Source: Bacilli bacterium (GTDB taxonomy: Bacteria > Bacillota_I > Bacilli_A > ML615J-28 > CAG-698). From it: a stretch of 64,000 bases of DNA. The stretch spans positions 64,001 to 128,000 of the forward strand of contig JBMNLZ010000001.1 of the NCBI GenBank assembly GCA_050953065.1, in the 5' to 3' direction. A model generated the notes under the pieces. It searched no databases and had not been told where the DNA came from. It saw only the letters and a program-made list of their open reading frames with translations. Positions 28,994 to 39,073 of the stretch are shown in pieces (positions within the stretch are counted from its first letter, which is position 1; each line of letters opens with the position of its first letter). The translations under genes and the position numbers were made by a program.

Positions 28994-30223
28994 ATGAAAA
29001 TTATTGCAAAACATTCAGAAGGCAAAGTGTTAAAAAATGATGTCTTTCAAATTTCAGAACAAGCAAAAGCTGCTAAAGCTATCAATCCAAATGTTATTGA
29101 TGCAACGGTAGGGGCTTTTTACGATGAAAAAGGAAAATTATATAAATATAATGTAGTTGATAAGATTTTAAAAAAACTACCTGATGAAAAATTCTATTCA
29201 TATGCTTCAACTAGTGGTGGCCTTGCTTATAAAGAAGCTGTACTTAATTGGGTTTTTCAAGATAAGAAAGAAAGTCTATTACAGAAGAAAAACCACGCCT
29301 TTGTGGCGACTCCAGGAGGAACAGGAGCAATTTTTAATTCACTATATAATAGTTTAGATAGAGGTGAGACTTTATTGTTGCCTAATATTTATTGGGGACC
29401 TTATGCTAATATGGCGGCTGACCAAGATTTAAAAGTTGTAGAATATAATATGTTCAAAAAAAATGCTTTCAACTTAGAAGAATTTTTTGAAAAGGCCGAT
29501 GAAATAATAAAAAAACAAAATAAATTAGTTACAATCATAAACGATCCATGTCAAAATCCTACTGGATATACTATGAAAGAAGAAGAATTAGCTAAAGTCA
29601 TAGAATATATGAATTCTAAGAAAGATACTCCATGTGTTTTAATTTATGATATTGCTTATATGGATTTTAGTTTTAATCATACAATTAGAGATAGATTTTC
29701 ATTATTTGAAAGCACTGGAGACAATGTTTTAGTTTCTATAGCTTTTAGCGGTTCAAAAACTTTTTCTGTTTACGGTTTAAGGATGGGGGCTGCTATATAT
29801 ATAGGTAGTAATAAGGAGTTCTTTAATGAACTACAGGCAATTATTAATTTTACAGGACGTACCCATTGGAGCAATTGTACAGCTGCAACTATTAATATGA
29901 TTATTGAATTGGATAAAAAGCCTAAACTAAATGCTTTGTTTAAAAAGCAAGTTTGGTATGCTATGAAAATGCTTAAAGAAAGAGCTGATATATTTGTTAC
30001 TGAAGCTAAAGAAGTTGGGTTAAGTCATTATCCATATGTTGAGGGTTTTTTTATAACTATTCCTTGTAATAATCTTGATGATGTTATTAAAAACTTAAAT
30101 AGAGACAATATTTATTTGGTTCCTGTTAGAGGTGCTGTTAGAGTTGCTATCTGTTCTATTACAAAAAAAGAAATACAGGGGTTGGCTGAAAGAATAAAAA
30201 AAGCTATTGATTTAGCGTATTAA
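28994..30223 (+). CDS. Class I/II PLP-dependent aminotransferase
   Basis: TPGGTGA, NPTG, YDIAY, SGSKTFSVYGLRMG. Confidence 0.9.
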   Translation: MKIIAKHSEGKVLKNDVFQISEQAKAAKAINPNVIDATVGAFYDEKGKLYKYNVVDKILKKLPDEKFYSYASTSGGLAYKEAVLNWVFQDKKESLLQKKNHAFVATPGGTGAIFNSLYNSLDRGETLLLPNIYWGPYANMAADQDLKVVEYNMFKKNAFNLEEFFEKADEIIKKQNKLVTIINDPCQNPTGYTMKEEELAKVIEYMNSKKDTPCVLIYDIAYMDFSFNHTIRDRFSLFESTGDNVLVSIAFSGSKTFSVYGLRMGAAIYIGSNKEFFNELQAIINFTGRTHWSNCTAATINMIIELDKKPKLNALFKKQVWYAMKMLKERADIFVTEAKEVGLSHYPYVEGFFITIPCNNLDDVIKNLNRDNIYLVPVRGAVRVAICSITKKEIQGLAERIKKAIDLAY

Positions 30224-30314
30224 AAATTAAATTTATATATAGTTAAGCAATAAAATAAAATGTTGACTTATGTCTAAAAATATAGTAAAATATCAATGTT
30301 ATTATTGGTGAGTT

Positions 30315-30713
30315 ATGAAATGGTCCATTCAACAACTTAATAAATTTTTAGGTAATTCCTTTGATTTTAACTTTGAATATGATTTTAGTTCAAAGATAGA
30401 AGGTATGTCTGATGTTATTAGTATTAGCAAAACCAAAGTTTTAGGAAAGTGTAGTGTTCCTCAAATGGATGTGTTTGAATTTGATTTATTAATTGAAACT
30501 ACATTGGTTGTTGAGTGTGCTAGGACATTAGAACCGGTTGATTTTCCCATTCTAATTGAAACTAAAGAAATATTTTCATATGATATTGAAAATGATGAAC
30601 ATTTAATTATAGAAAAAAATACAATCGATTTATTCGATATTGTTTGGGAAATTATTTTATTAAATAAACCAATTAGAGTTTTAAAATATCCCGATAATGA
30701 TGAAAACTTTTAA
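30315..30713 (+). CDS. yceD: YceD/DUF177 family protein
   Basis: ECARTLEPV motif; lies upstream of rpmF. Confidence 0.85.
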   Translation: MKWSIQQLNKFLGNSFDFNFEYDFSSKIEGMSDVISISKTKVLGKCSVPQMDVFEFDLLIETTLVVECARTLEPVDFPILIETKEIFSYDIENDEHLIIEKNTIDLFDIVWEIILLNKPIRVLKYPDNDENF

Positions 30714-30730
30714 AGAAAGGAGATATAAAA

Positions 30731-31057
30731 ATGAGTATTGTTCCTCAAAGGAGAATTTCAAAGACAAGAAAAAGAAAAAGAAGAACGCATTTTAAATTAA
30801 CTACACCTGGAATGATGGTTTGCCCTAATTGTGGTGAATTAAAATTAGCTCATACTGTATGTGGATCTTGCTATTATTATGATGGAAAACAAGTAAAAGA
30901 AGTTAAGGCTGAAAAAGAAGAAGATAAAAAAACATCAAAAGCAGAAAAAACAGCTAAAGTTACTAAAACACCTAAATTAAAGAAAGAAAAATCTCAAGAA
31001 ATTAAAGAAAAGCCAGTTGCTGCTAAAAAAATAGTAAAAAAGACTGGTGATAAGTAA
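30731..31057 (+). CDS. rpmF: 50S ribosomal protein L32 with Lys-rich C-terminal extension
   Basis: [22 protein letters not shown]...HTVCGSC zinc ribbon. Confidence 0.95.
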   Translation: MSIVPQRRISKTRKRKRRTHFKLTTPGMMVCPNCGELKLAHTVCGSCYYYDGKQVKEVKAEKEEDKKTSKAEKTAKVTKTPKLKKEKSQEIKEKPVAAKKIVKKTGDK

Positions 31058-31115
31058 AAAAAAACAAATTTAACGCTTCTAAATATGAAGCGTTTTATTT
31101 TTTTAAAAAATATAG

Positions 31116-31178
31116 TTGACATGATTTTTATTCTATGATACAATGTAAGTGGGTAAAAGTGGGTAAAAGTAGGTAAAG
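31116..31178 (+). promoter_or_regulatory. mraZ promoter with three MraZ-binding direct repeats
   Basis: TTGACA(31116)-17nt-TACAAT; AAGTGGGTAA AAGTGGGTAA AAGTAGGTAA at 31147-31176 (GTGG cores with 10-bp period). Confidence 0.85.
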
Positions 31179-31181
31179 CGT

Positions 31182-31616
31182 ATGTTTACTGGTGAATATT
31201 ATTATAACATTGATGAAAAAGGAAGAATGTTTGTCCCAACAGAGTTCCGTTCAATTTTAGGAGAAAAGATAATTGTTAATCGTGGAATTGAAAAATGCTT
31301 ATATATTTACTCATTAAAGGAGTGGGAAAAAATTTCTTCTGATGTATCAAGTTTATCTTTAACACATAAGAATAATCGACAATTTTCGAGAATGTTTTTT
31401 TCTGGTGCATTTCTAAAAGAAATTGATGCTAAAGGAAGAATTAATATTGAAAATATATTGATTCAATATGCAAATTTAGAAAAAGAATGTGTTTTTGTAG
31501 GCGCTGGTGCAAGAATTGAGATATGGAATAAAGAAAGTTGGTTAAATGAATTTCAAAATAATCAAGAATTGTTAGAAGAAATTAGTGAGACCATTGAACT
31601 TAAGAAGTATGAATAA
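31182..31616 (+). CDS. mraZ: Division/cell wall cluster repressor MraZ
   Basis: MFTGEY..IDEKGR and a second DAKGR motif; IEIW. Confidence 0.95.
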   Translation: MFTGEYYYNIDEKGRMFVPTEFRSILGEKIIVNRGIEKCLYIYSLKEWEKISSDVSSLSLTHKNNRQFSRMFFSGAFLKEIDAKGRINIENILIQYANLEKECVFVGAGARIEIWNKESWLNEFQNNQELLEEISETIELKKYE

Positions 31617-32544
31617 CGATTACTTTCACAAACCTGTGTTACTAGAAGAGGTAATTAAGGGATTAAATTTGAAAGAAGATGGCATTTATGTTGATTGCAC
31701 AATGGGGGGTGCAGGACATTCTTCAGAAATACTAAAAAAAATAACGCAAGGACATTTATGTTGTTTTGATCAAGATAGTGATTGTATAGAAACAGCTCGA
31801 AAAAAATTAAGTTTAATAAATAACAATTATACGATTATTAAAGATAATTTTAAAAATATAAAACAAAGATTGCTGGAGTTAGGAATTGAAAAAGTTGATG
31901 GTGTATTATTCGATTTAGGAGTTTCTTCATTCCAATTTGATACGCCAGAACGGGGTTTTAGTTATAAATATGATTCTATTTTAGATATGAGAATGGATCA
32001 AGAGAAGCCTCTAACTGCTTATGATGTTGTTAATTCATATGATTTTGAAAAATTACGTGATATTTTCTTTAAATATGGTGAAGAAAAGTTTTCTCACAGT
32101 ATAGCAAAAAACATTGTAAAAAGTCGTGAAGTTAAAAAAATAGAAACTACTTTTGAATTGGTTGAGATTATTAAAAAATCTTTACCAGCTTCAGTCAAAA
32201 GAAAAGAAGGTCATCCAGCAAAAAAAGTTTTTCAAGCTATTAGGATTGAAGTCAATGATGAACTTAATGCTTTTGAACAATCTTTAAGAGATTCAATAAG
32301 TATGCTTGAAAAAGGTGGTAGAATTGTAGTAATTTCATTTCATTCTTTAGAAGATCGAATTTGTAAAAATATTTTCAAAGAAAAAGTGGAAGTGCTAATT
32401 CCTAAAAATGTTCCAATTTTAGAAAAAGATATAAAAAGAGAATTCAGGTTGATTACTAATAAACCGATTACAGCATCTGAAAATGAGTTAAGTGTGAATC
32501 ATAGAGCTCATTCTGCAAAACTAAGAATTCTTGAAAAAATTTAA
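31609..32544 (+). CDS. rsmH: 16S rRNA m4C1402 methyltransferase
   Basis: HKPVLL, DCTMGGAGHS, DLGVSS, FQAIRIEVN, SFHSLEDR, SAKLR. Confidence 0.97.
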   Translation: MNNDYFHKPVLLEEVIKGLNLKEDGIYVDCTMGGAGHSSEILKKITQGHLCCFDQDSDCIETARKKLSLINNNYTIIKDNFKNIKQRLLELGIEKVDGVLFDLGVSSFQFDTPERGFSYKYDSILDMRMDQEKPLTAYDVVNSYDFEKLRDIFFKYGEEKFSHSIAKNIVKSREVKKIETTFELVEIIKKSLPASVKRKEGHPAKKVFQAIRIEVNDELNAFEQSLRDSISMLEKGGRIVVISFHSLEDRICKNIFKEKVEVLIPKNVPILEKDIKREFRLITNKPITASENELSVNHRAHSAKLRILEKI

Positions 32545-32558
32545 CAGGAGGTACGAAT

Positions 32559-32612
32559 ATGAGTAATTTTAGACCTTTACCTAGACCTTTAACACCAAGT
32601 TGTAGTGAATAG
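32559..32612 (+). CDS. Unannotated 17-aa small ORF MSNFRPLPRPLTPSCSE
   Basis: SD AGGAGGT 6 nt before the ATG; tandem TAG TAG stops; followed by a terminator at 32638-32664. Confidence 0.55.
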   Translation: MSNFRPLPRPLTPSCSE

Positions 32613-32637
32613 TAGTTTTTTATGCCGATTTCGTGCT

Positions 32638-32664
32638 AAAAAAGAACCTATGGTTCTTTTTTTT
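32638..32664 (+). terminator. Terminator of the mraZ-rsmH-sORF operon
   Basis: AAAAAAGAACC-TAT-GGTTCTTTTTTTT. Confidence 0.8.
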
Positions 32665-32722
32665 GTTGTAATTATATGAGAAAATATGATAGAATTATAA
32701 TGTAAAAGAAAGGGAGTAAATT

Positions 32723-33280
32723 ATGAAAATAATTTATGGAGGTTCATTTAATCCACCTACTATAGCACATTACAAAATTGCTGAATACTTATTAGAAAAA
32801 TTTCCAGTTAATGAACTTATATTTCTTCCTGTAGCTAATAATTATACTAAAAAGGGACTGGTAGATTTTGAACATCGTTATAAAATGTTAGAAATTTATT
32901 GTAAAAAATTAGGAGCAAGAGTATCAATAAGTGATTATGAGGCCACACTTGATAAGTATGAAGGTACAATTAAAACCTTAGAGCATTTCAATAATCCTTA
33001 TTTTGTGATAGGGGCGGATAATTTATTATCAATTAAAGAATGGGCTGGATTTCCCAATGTGCTACAAAAAGGAATATTTATAGTAATTCCAAGAAACAAC
33101 ATAAATATGCATAAGTTTATAAATGATGATGAAATTCTTTGCAAATATAAAGATAGATTTATTATCTTAGATGAATTTGAAGAAATACCAATTTCAGCCA
33201 GCAAATATAGGACTAATAAAAATGTGCGTTTTCTTGATAAAGATATTGAAGAATATATAAAAAAATTTGATTTATATTAA
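32723..33280 (+). CDS. nadD: Nicotinate-nucleotide adenylyltransferase
   Basis: GGSFNPPTIAH (HxGH-like), IGADNL..I.EW, ISASKYR. Confidence 0.85.
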   Translation: MKIIYGGSFNPPTIAHYKIAEYLLEKFPVNELIFLPVANNYTKKGLVDFEHRYKMLEIYCKKLGARVSISDYEATLDKYEGTIKTLEHFNNPYFVIGADNLLSIKEWAGFPNVLQKGIFIVIPRNNINMHKFINDDEILCKYKDRFIILDEFEEIPISASKYRTNKNVRFLDKDIEEYIKKFDLY

Positions 33281-33319
33281 TAAATGTATTGATTTTTTTA
33301 GTTTTTTCGTGTAAAATGA

Positions 33320-33550
33320 GTAAAAGCTGAGAAAAGGAAGAGTAATATAAAAATGCTTTTAGAGAGGACTTGTTTGGTGAAAAAGTCTAGTAGATTTATA
33401 TGAAGGTAGCCTTGGAGTTGATATTGCGAAATAATAGTAGTAATATTCGGTAAATCACCGTTATTAGATAATGAGTGCATCTTGACAAAGATGAATTAGG
33501 GTGGTACCGCGGATTTTTTCGTCCTTAAGAATGTTCTTAAGGAATTTTTT
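33320..33550 (+). promoter_or_regulatory. T-box riboswitch (Val)
   Basis: AGAGA and GGTGA stem I motifs; GTA specifier at about 33406; T-box AATTAGGGTGGTACCGCG at 33494-33511; terminator CCTTAAGAA/TTCTTAAGG plus T tract. Confidence 0.92.
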
Positions 33551-33566
33551 ATTGAGGAGTGAAATT

Positions 33567-36182
33567 ATGAAATTTAAAAACATGGAACCAAAATATGATT
33601 TTAACGAAGTAGAAAAAGGTAAATATGAAGAGTGGATAAAAAAAGGCTATTTTACGGCTGGTGATAAAAATAAAGAAGCTTTTACTATTGTAATTCCACC
33701 ACCAAATATTACTGGAAAACTTCATTTAGGCCATACTTTAGATACAACTTTACAAGATATTATAATTAGAAGAAAAAGAATGCAAGGTTATGATACATTG
33801 TATTTACCCGGTATGGACCATGCAAGTATTGCAACTCAAGCAAAAATTGAGGAAAAATTAAAATCAGAAGGTAAAAGTCGTTATAATCTAGGAAGAGAAA
33901 AATTCTTAGAAGTTGCCTGGCAATGGAAAGAGGAATATTCTAATCTAATTAGAAAACAATGGGCAATTTTAGGGCTTAGTTTAGATTATACCAGAGAAAG
34001 GTTTACTTTAGATCAAAAATTAAATGAAGCTGTTAACCATGTTTTTGTTAAAATGTATAATGAAAATATTATATATAGAGGCGAAAAAATTATAAATTGG
34101 GATTGCCAAAGCAAAACAGCCTTATCTAACATTGAGGTTGATTATAAAGAAGTAGAAGCAGCGTTATATTATATTAACTATCCTTTTGTTGAGGGGGATG
34201 GATTTTTAACTATTGCTACTACAAGACCTGAGACAATGTTTGGTGATGTTGCTTTAATGGTAAACCCAAAAGATAAAAGGTATAAAAAATTTGTGGGGAA
34301 GTCAGTATATATACCACTTACTGAAAGAGTTATTCCAATAATAGAAGACGATTATGTTGAAGTTGAATTTGGAACAGGTGTAGTTAAAGTGACTCCTGCT
34401 CATGATCCTAATGATTTTGAAGTAGGAAATAGACATAATCTACCTAGATTGCTTTGTATAAATGAAGATGGAACTATGGGAGAACTTTCAGGAATTTATA
34501 ATAAATTGGATAGGTTTGAATGTCGTAAAAGAGTAGTTGAAGATTTAACTAAAGAAAAACTACTAGTTAAAATTGAAAAAATTATTCATTCTATAGGTCA
34601 TAGTGAAAGAACTGGTGTTGTAGTTGAGCCGATGTTATCAAAACAATGGTTTGTAAAAATGGATGATTTAGCAAAAGATTTGATTAATATGCAAAATAAT
34701 CCATCGAAAAAAATCAATTTTGTTCCTGAAAGATTTGAAAAGATATTCCTAAATTGGTTAGAAAATATTCAGGACTGGTGTATATCACGTCAATTATGGT
34801 GGGGGCATAGAATTCCGGCGTGGTATAAAAATGATGAAGTGTATGTAGGAGTTAATCCACCAAAAGAAGAAGGGTGGATCCAAGATGAAGATGCCTTAGA
34901 TACTTGGTTTTCTTCAGCCCTTTGGCCTTTTTCTACTCTAGGTTGGCCTGAAGATACTGATGATTTTAAAAAATTTTTTCCTACTGATGTCTTAGTAACA
35001 GGGTATGATATCATTTTCTTTTGGGTTGCAAGAATGGCTTTTCAATCAAAATATTTAATTGGAACTAGGCCATTTAAAGATGTTTTGATCCACGGGATAA
35101 TTAGAGATGAATTAGGGCGAAAAGTAAGTAAATCACTAAATAATGGGGCAGACATGATTGAAGTAAGAGATACTTATGGCATCGATAGTTTGCGTTATTT
35201 TTTAACAACTACTAACACTCCGGGACAAGATATAAGATTTTCTGAAGAAAAAATTGAAGCTTCTTGGAATTATATCAATAAGATTTGGAATGTTTCGAGA
35301 TTTATTGGCATCTCAATTGAAGCACAATCTTATAAAAATCAAGAAATCAATCTTAAGTTATTAAATATCTTTGATAAGTGGATTTTATCAGAATTAAATA
35401 AAGTTATTGAAAATATTGATTATAATTATGAAAAATATGAATTTGGAGAAGTAGCAAAAGTAATTTATAAATTCGTATGGAATGATTTTGCTTCATGGTA
35501 TTTGGAAATGACAAAAGTTGTTTTTCAAGAGGGATCTAACGAAGAAAAACAAAACACTTGTGCTATATTAGTTTATGTTTTAAAAAGCATATTAAAAATG
35601 TTACATCCGTTTATACCGTTTGTAACTGAAGATATTTATCAAAGATTTGAAGATGAGAGCATTACTATTAGTAAATGGCCAGTTTTTAAAAAGGAATTTA
35701 ATTTTACAAATTCTGATGAAGTTGTGTTGATTTATGATATTATTACGGTAGTTAGAAATATTAGAGCTATGAAAAATGTTCCTAATAGTAAAGCTGTAAA
35801 ATTAAATTTAGAAATTAAAAAGCCTGAATTTAAACTATTAGTAGAAAGTAATTTGAAATATCTTCAAAAATTTTGCAATTATAGTGAAATTTCAATTATT
35901 CCTGAACTTGAAAACAGAAAAAAAAGTGCAGTTTCTATTCTAGAAGATGTTGTTGTTTCTATTCCGTTAGCAACTTTAATTGATTTAGATGAAGAGTTAA
36001 TTAGATTAAATAAAAAGAAAGATACTACTATTGGTGAAATTAAAAGAATTGAAAATATGTTAGATAATCCTAATTTTATTAGTAAAGCACCTGTAGAAAA
36101 AATTAATTTAGAAAAGGAAAAATTGGAAGGATATAAGAAAGTATTATCAGAGATAGAAAAATCAATTGATGAAATAAGTTAA
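33567..36182 (+). CDS. valS: Valine--tRNA ligase
   Basis: PPPNITGKLHLGH, WCISRQLWWGH, KVSKS; start corrected to ATG 33567 after SD GAGGAG. Confidence 0.98.
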   Translation: MKFKNMEPKYDFNEVEKGKYEEWIKKGYFTAGDKNKEAFTIVIPPPNITGKLHLGHTLDTTLQDIIIRRKRMQGYDTLYLPGMDHASIATQAKIEEKLKSEGKSRYNLGREKFLEVAWQWKEEYSNLIRKQWAILGLSLDYTRERFTLDQKLNEAVNHVFVKMYNENIIYRGEKIINWDCQSKTALSNIEVDYKEVEAALYYINYPFVEGDGFLTIATTRPETMFGDVALMVNPKDKRYKKFVGKSVYIPLTERVIPIIEDDYVEVEFGTGVVKVTPAHDPNDFEVGNRHNLPRLLCINEDGTMGELSGIYNKLDRFECRKRVVEDLTKEKLLVKIEKIIHSIGHSERTGVVVEPMLSKQWFVKMDDLAKDLINMQNNPSKKINFVPERFEKIFLNWLENIQDWCISRQLWWGHRIPAWYKNDEVYVGVNPPKEEGWIQDEDALDTWFSSALWPFSTLGWPEDTDDFKKFFPTDVLVTGYDIIFFWVARMAFQSKYLIGTRPFKDVLIHGIIRDELGRKVSKSLNNGADMIEVRDTYGIDSLRYFLTTTNTPGQDIRFSEEKIEASWNYINKIWNVSRFIGISIEAQSYKNQEINLKLLNIFDKWILSELNKVIENIDYNYEKYEFGEVAKVIYKFVWNDFASWYLEMTKVVFQEGSNEEKQNTCAILVYVLKSILKMLHPFIPFVTEDIYQRFEDESITISKWPVFKKEFNFTNSDEVVLIYDIITVVRNIRAMKNVPNSKAVKLNLEIKKPEFKLLVESNLKYLQKFCNYSEISIIPELENRKKSAVSILEDVVVSIPLATLIDLDEELIRLNKKKDTTIGEIKRIENMLDNPNFISKAPVEKINLEKEKLEGYKKVLSEIEKSIDEIS

Positions 36183-36193
36183 AGAAGGTTAAG

Positions 36194-37459
36194 ATGTTTA
36201 AAAAAACTATAGACTTACTTAATTATATTGAAGGGAAAAAAGGAACTATTGCTGAACCCAGTTTAAATAATATGAAGAAATTAATTAAATTGTTTGATAT
36301 ATCAAACAATTTAAAAATCATTCATGTTGCAGGCACAAATGGTAAGGGATCTGTTGTTGCTTATATAAATAATGTATTGTTAAATAATAAATATAATGTA
36401 GGTAAATTTGTTTCACCTTATATATCAACATTTAACGAAAGAATTTGTTATAACGATAACCCCATTAGTGATGCTGATTTATTATTTTTTGGAAATTTAA
36501 TTATAGAAAAGTATCCTTTGATAGAAAAAGAAGGTTTAAAAACTCCATCATTTTTTGAATTTATTACATTATTAGCTCTTATGTATTTTTCTTCTTTTAA
36601 AAAAATAGATTTTGTAATTTTAGAGGTTGGTTTAGGTGGAATTTATGATCCTACCAATGTAGTCAATCCAATATTAACTATTATTACTAGTATTTCTTTT
36701 GATCATATGCATATTCTAGGAAATTCTTTGTTAGAAATAGCTGATAATAAATTAGGAATTTTGAAAAAAAACATTCCTTTAATTACTTTAGATAATCCAA
36801 ATATTAATGATTTAGTTATAAGAAAGGCTAATAATTCTACAAGTGAAGTAATACTAGTAAAACAAGAGGATATTAAAGAAACAAAGACTAGTTTTACAAA
36901 AACTACTTTTAGGTATAAAAATAAGTTTTATTGCTTAAGTATGCTTGGAAAACATCAGGCTGAAAATGCATGTATAGCTATTGAGGCTCTTAATAAGCTT
37001 ATTAATGATGGTTTTATAAAAGTAAAAAAAATTGAAAAATATTTACATAAAACTAAATGGGCAGGCCGATTAGAGCTTATAAATAAAAGACCGATTATGA
37101 TTGTTGATGGTGCCCACAATTATGATGCGATAGTTAAACTAGGAACATTTATTAATTCTGTTAAAAATAAAAAAGAAGTTAGGGTAATTTTTGCAGTTTC
37201 TAATGATAAAGAAATTGAAAAAATGGTTTTAGAAATTGAAAAATACGCTGATCAAATTATTTTTACTAAAATTAATAATCTTAGAAGTGTTGATCCGACA
37301 ATTTTATTTAAATATTCAACCCACGAAAATAAAAGTTTTGAATTAGATTTGGAAAAAATATATATCAAAATAAAAAAAGATTCTAAATTTATTAATATAT
37401 TTTGTGGAAGTTTATACTTTGTTGGCGAAATAAAAAAATATATTTTTAAAAAAGAGTAA
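36194..37459 (+). CDS. folC: Folylpolyglutamate synthase/dihydrofolate synthase
   Basis: IHVAGTNGKGS, EVGLGG, DGAHN, GSLYFVG. Confidence 0.95.
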   Translation: MFKKTIDLLNYIEGKKGTIAEPSLNNMKKLIKLFDISNNLKIIHVAGTNGKGSVVAYINNVLLNNKYNVGKFVSPYISTFNERICYNDNPISDADLLFFGNLIIEKYPLIEKEGLKTPSFFEFITLLALMYFSSFKKIDFVILEVGLGGIYDPTNVVNPILTIITSISFDHMHILGNSLLEIADNKLGILKKNIPLITLDNPNINDLVIRKANNSTSEVILVKQEDIKETKTSFTKTTFRYKNKFYCLSMLGKHQAENACIAIEALNKLINDGFIKVKKIEKYLHKTKWAGRLELINKRPIMIVDGAHNYDAIVKLGTFINSVKNKKEVRVIFAVSNDKEIEKMVLEIEKYADQIIFTKINNLRSVDPTILFKYSTHENKSFELDLEKIYIKIKKDSKFINIFCGSLYFVGEIKKYIFKKE

Positions 37460-37498
37460 AAACAGTAATTTCTATTAATATATATATGGAGGGTATAT

Positions 37499-38185
37499 AT
37501 GAGTTATTTATTAAAAGAAATTCCTGTTGAAGATCGTCCTCGAGAAAGACTTGAAAAAAATGGCCCTGCATCTCTTTCTAATTATGAATTGCTAGCCATT
37601 TTATTGAGAACGGGTTATAAAGAAGTATCAGTTTTAGATCTTGCTAAAGAAATTATTCTTAAAATAGAAAAACTACAAAAGTTATCTGAAATTACTATAA
37701 CTGAATTAACTGAAATAAAAGGAATTGGAAAAGCGAAGGCTATTGAAATAATTGCTGCTATTGAACTTGGAAAACGTATAAACAAACCAATTTTGAATAA
37801 TGCGAAATTAGATAATGCAAAATTAGTTTATTTATTGTTTAAAGAAGAAATGCAGAATTTATCTCAAGAACATTTTAAATGTATTTATTTAAATTCCAAA
37901 TCTGAAATTATAGAGAAAAAACTTTTGTCCATTGGTAGCAGTAATATCACTATTTTTAATCCGAAAGATATTTTAAAATGGGGAATTAAACTATCGGCTG
38001 TAGGAATAATTTTGGTGCACAATCATCCAAGTGGAGACCCTTTACCTAGTAGAGCAGACATAAAAATGACTGATGCTATCATTAATGCAGCAAAAATGGT
38101 TGATATAAAAGTAGTTGATCATATTATCATTGGAAAAGAAAAATATTATAGTTTTAATGAAAATAATATTATGGGTGAATTATGA
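37499..38185 (+). CDS. radC: RadC-family JAB domain protein
   Basis: RPRERL, ELLAILLRTG, HNHPSGDPLPSRAD, DHIIIG. Confidence 0.95.
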   Translation: MSYLLKEIPVEDRPRERLEKNGPASLSNYELLAILLRTGYKEVSVLDLAKEIILKIEKLQKLSEITITELTEIKGIGKAKAIEIIAAIELGKRINKPILNNAKLDNAKLVYLLFKEEMQNLSQEHFKCIYLNSKSEIIEKKLLSIGSSNITIFNPKDILKWGIKLSAVGIILVHNHPSGDPLPSRADIKMTDAIINAAKMVDIKVVDHIIIGKEKYYSFNENNIMGEL

Positions 38186-38832
38186 ACAGTATGACTATTA
38201 ATGGTTATAAAGCTGAAATAATATATAAACAGAAAAAAAATAAAAATATCAGCATAAAAATCAGCGAAGGTAAAATTTTTTTAACCTATCCTTTAAATTG
38301 CCCTTTTAAAAAAGCTTTAAGCTTCTTTGAAGAACACAAAGATTGGATTGAAAAAAATTATAAACCTCCTAAAAAGTCGATTTTTGAAAAAAAAAGGGCT
38401 AGCATATTTGGTAAAGAATATGTAGTTCTTGTAGACTCTATGCAAAAAGAAAAAACTTTGAAAAAAGATGGAGTAATAATACTGAATCGACCTGATGAAA
38501 ATTTGATTTTTGATTTATTTAAATATGAATTTGTTAAAGTATTTAATGAAGTAAAAAACAAATTTCAAAATAAACTAAAAATGGAGCCATTTTTAAAATT
38601 CAGAATGATGAAAACAAAATGGGGAACATGTAATTATAAAAAATACATCATTACAATCAATAAAAAATTGATGTATTATGAAAAAAAATATTTAGAGTAT
38701 GTAATGTATCATGAATTTACCCATTTTTTATTCCCTAATCATGGTAAAAAATTTTATGAAGAATTGTACAAATATGTGCAAGATTATAAAAAAGTAATTA
38801 ATACTTTGAAGGAAAGGAATCAAGATGCATAA
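38182..38832 (+). CDS. YgjP-like/M48 (DUF45) zinc metallohydrolase
   Basis: MKTKWGTC, YVMYHEFTH, NHGKKFY. Confidence 0.85.
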   Translation: MNSMTINGYKAEIIYKQKKNKNISIKISEGKIFLTYPLNCPFKKALSFFEEHKDWIEKNYKPPKKSIFEKKRASIFGKEYVVLVDSMQKEKTLKKDGVIILNRPDENLIFDLFKYEFVKVFNEVKNKFQNKLKMEPFLKFRMMKTKWGTCNYKKYIITINKKLMYYEKKYLEYVMYHEFTHFLFPNHGKKFYEELYKYVQDYKKVINTLKERNQDA

Positions 38833-39073
38833 AATTACTAATAATATACAAGAAATCGCAAAAATTTTAAAATATTCACGATTTGAAAAGCAGTTAACAT
38901 TAGCTGAATTAGCAGATAGCATTTGTTGTGTTACTTATTTAAGTAAAATAGAAAATGGAAAAATTAAAGCTGATTATGTAATAGTAAACAAACTATTTGA
39001 AAGACTAAATTTAGATATAAAAACTGTTTTGACTGTATTAGAAGTATTAAACAAAAAAGATACGAATCTTTAG
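38825..39073 (+). CDS. Stand-alone XRE-type HTH protein, paralogous to the N-terminus of the downstream regulator
   Basis: LTLAELADSICCVTYLSKIENGKI; SD AAAGGA; overlaps the upstream gene. Confidence 0.85.
   Translation: MHKITNNIQEIAKILKYSRFEKQLTLAELADSICCVTYLSKIENGKIKADYVIVNKLFERLNLDIKTVLTVLEVLNKKDTNL

Noticed and set aside
31147-31176. 10-bp tandem repeats as a CRISPR, iteron or VNTR
   Set aside because: They match the known MraZ-binding repeats at the mraZ promoter
32610-32636. TAG read-through or recoding extending the 17-aa ORF
   Set aside because: Two consecutive TAGs; TAG is an ordinary stop elsewhere in the window (rlmD, pnp, dnaK); no recoding signal seen
33298-33566. Minus-strand 60-aa ORF and the extended valS start at 33501
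   Set aside because: Both overlap the T-box leader; the true valS start is ATG 33567
37499-38832. radC plus YgjP-like gene as a defence or mobile module
   Set aside because: A full-length radC next to folC is the usual chromosomal arrangement; no restriction-modification or integrase genes are adjacent
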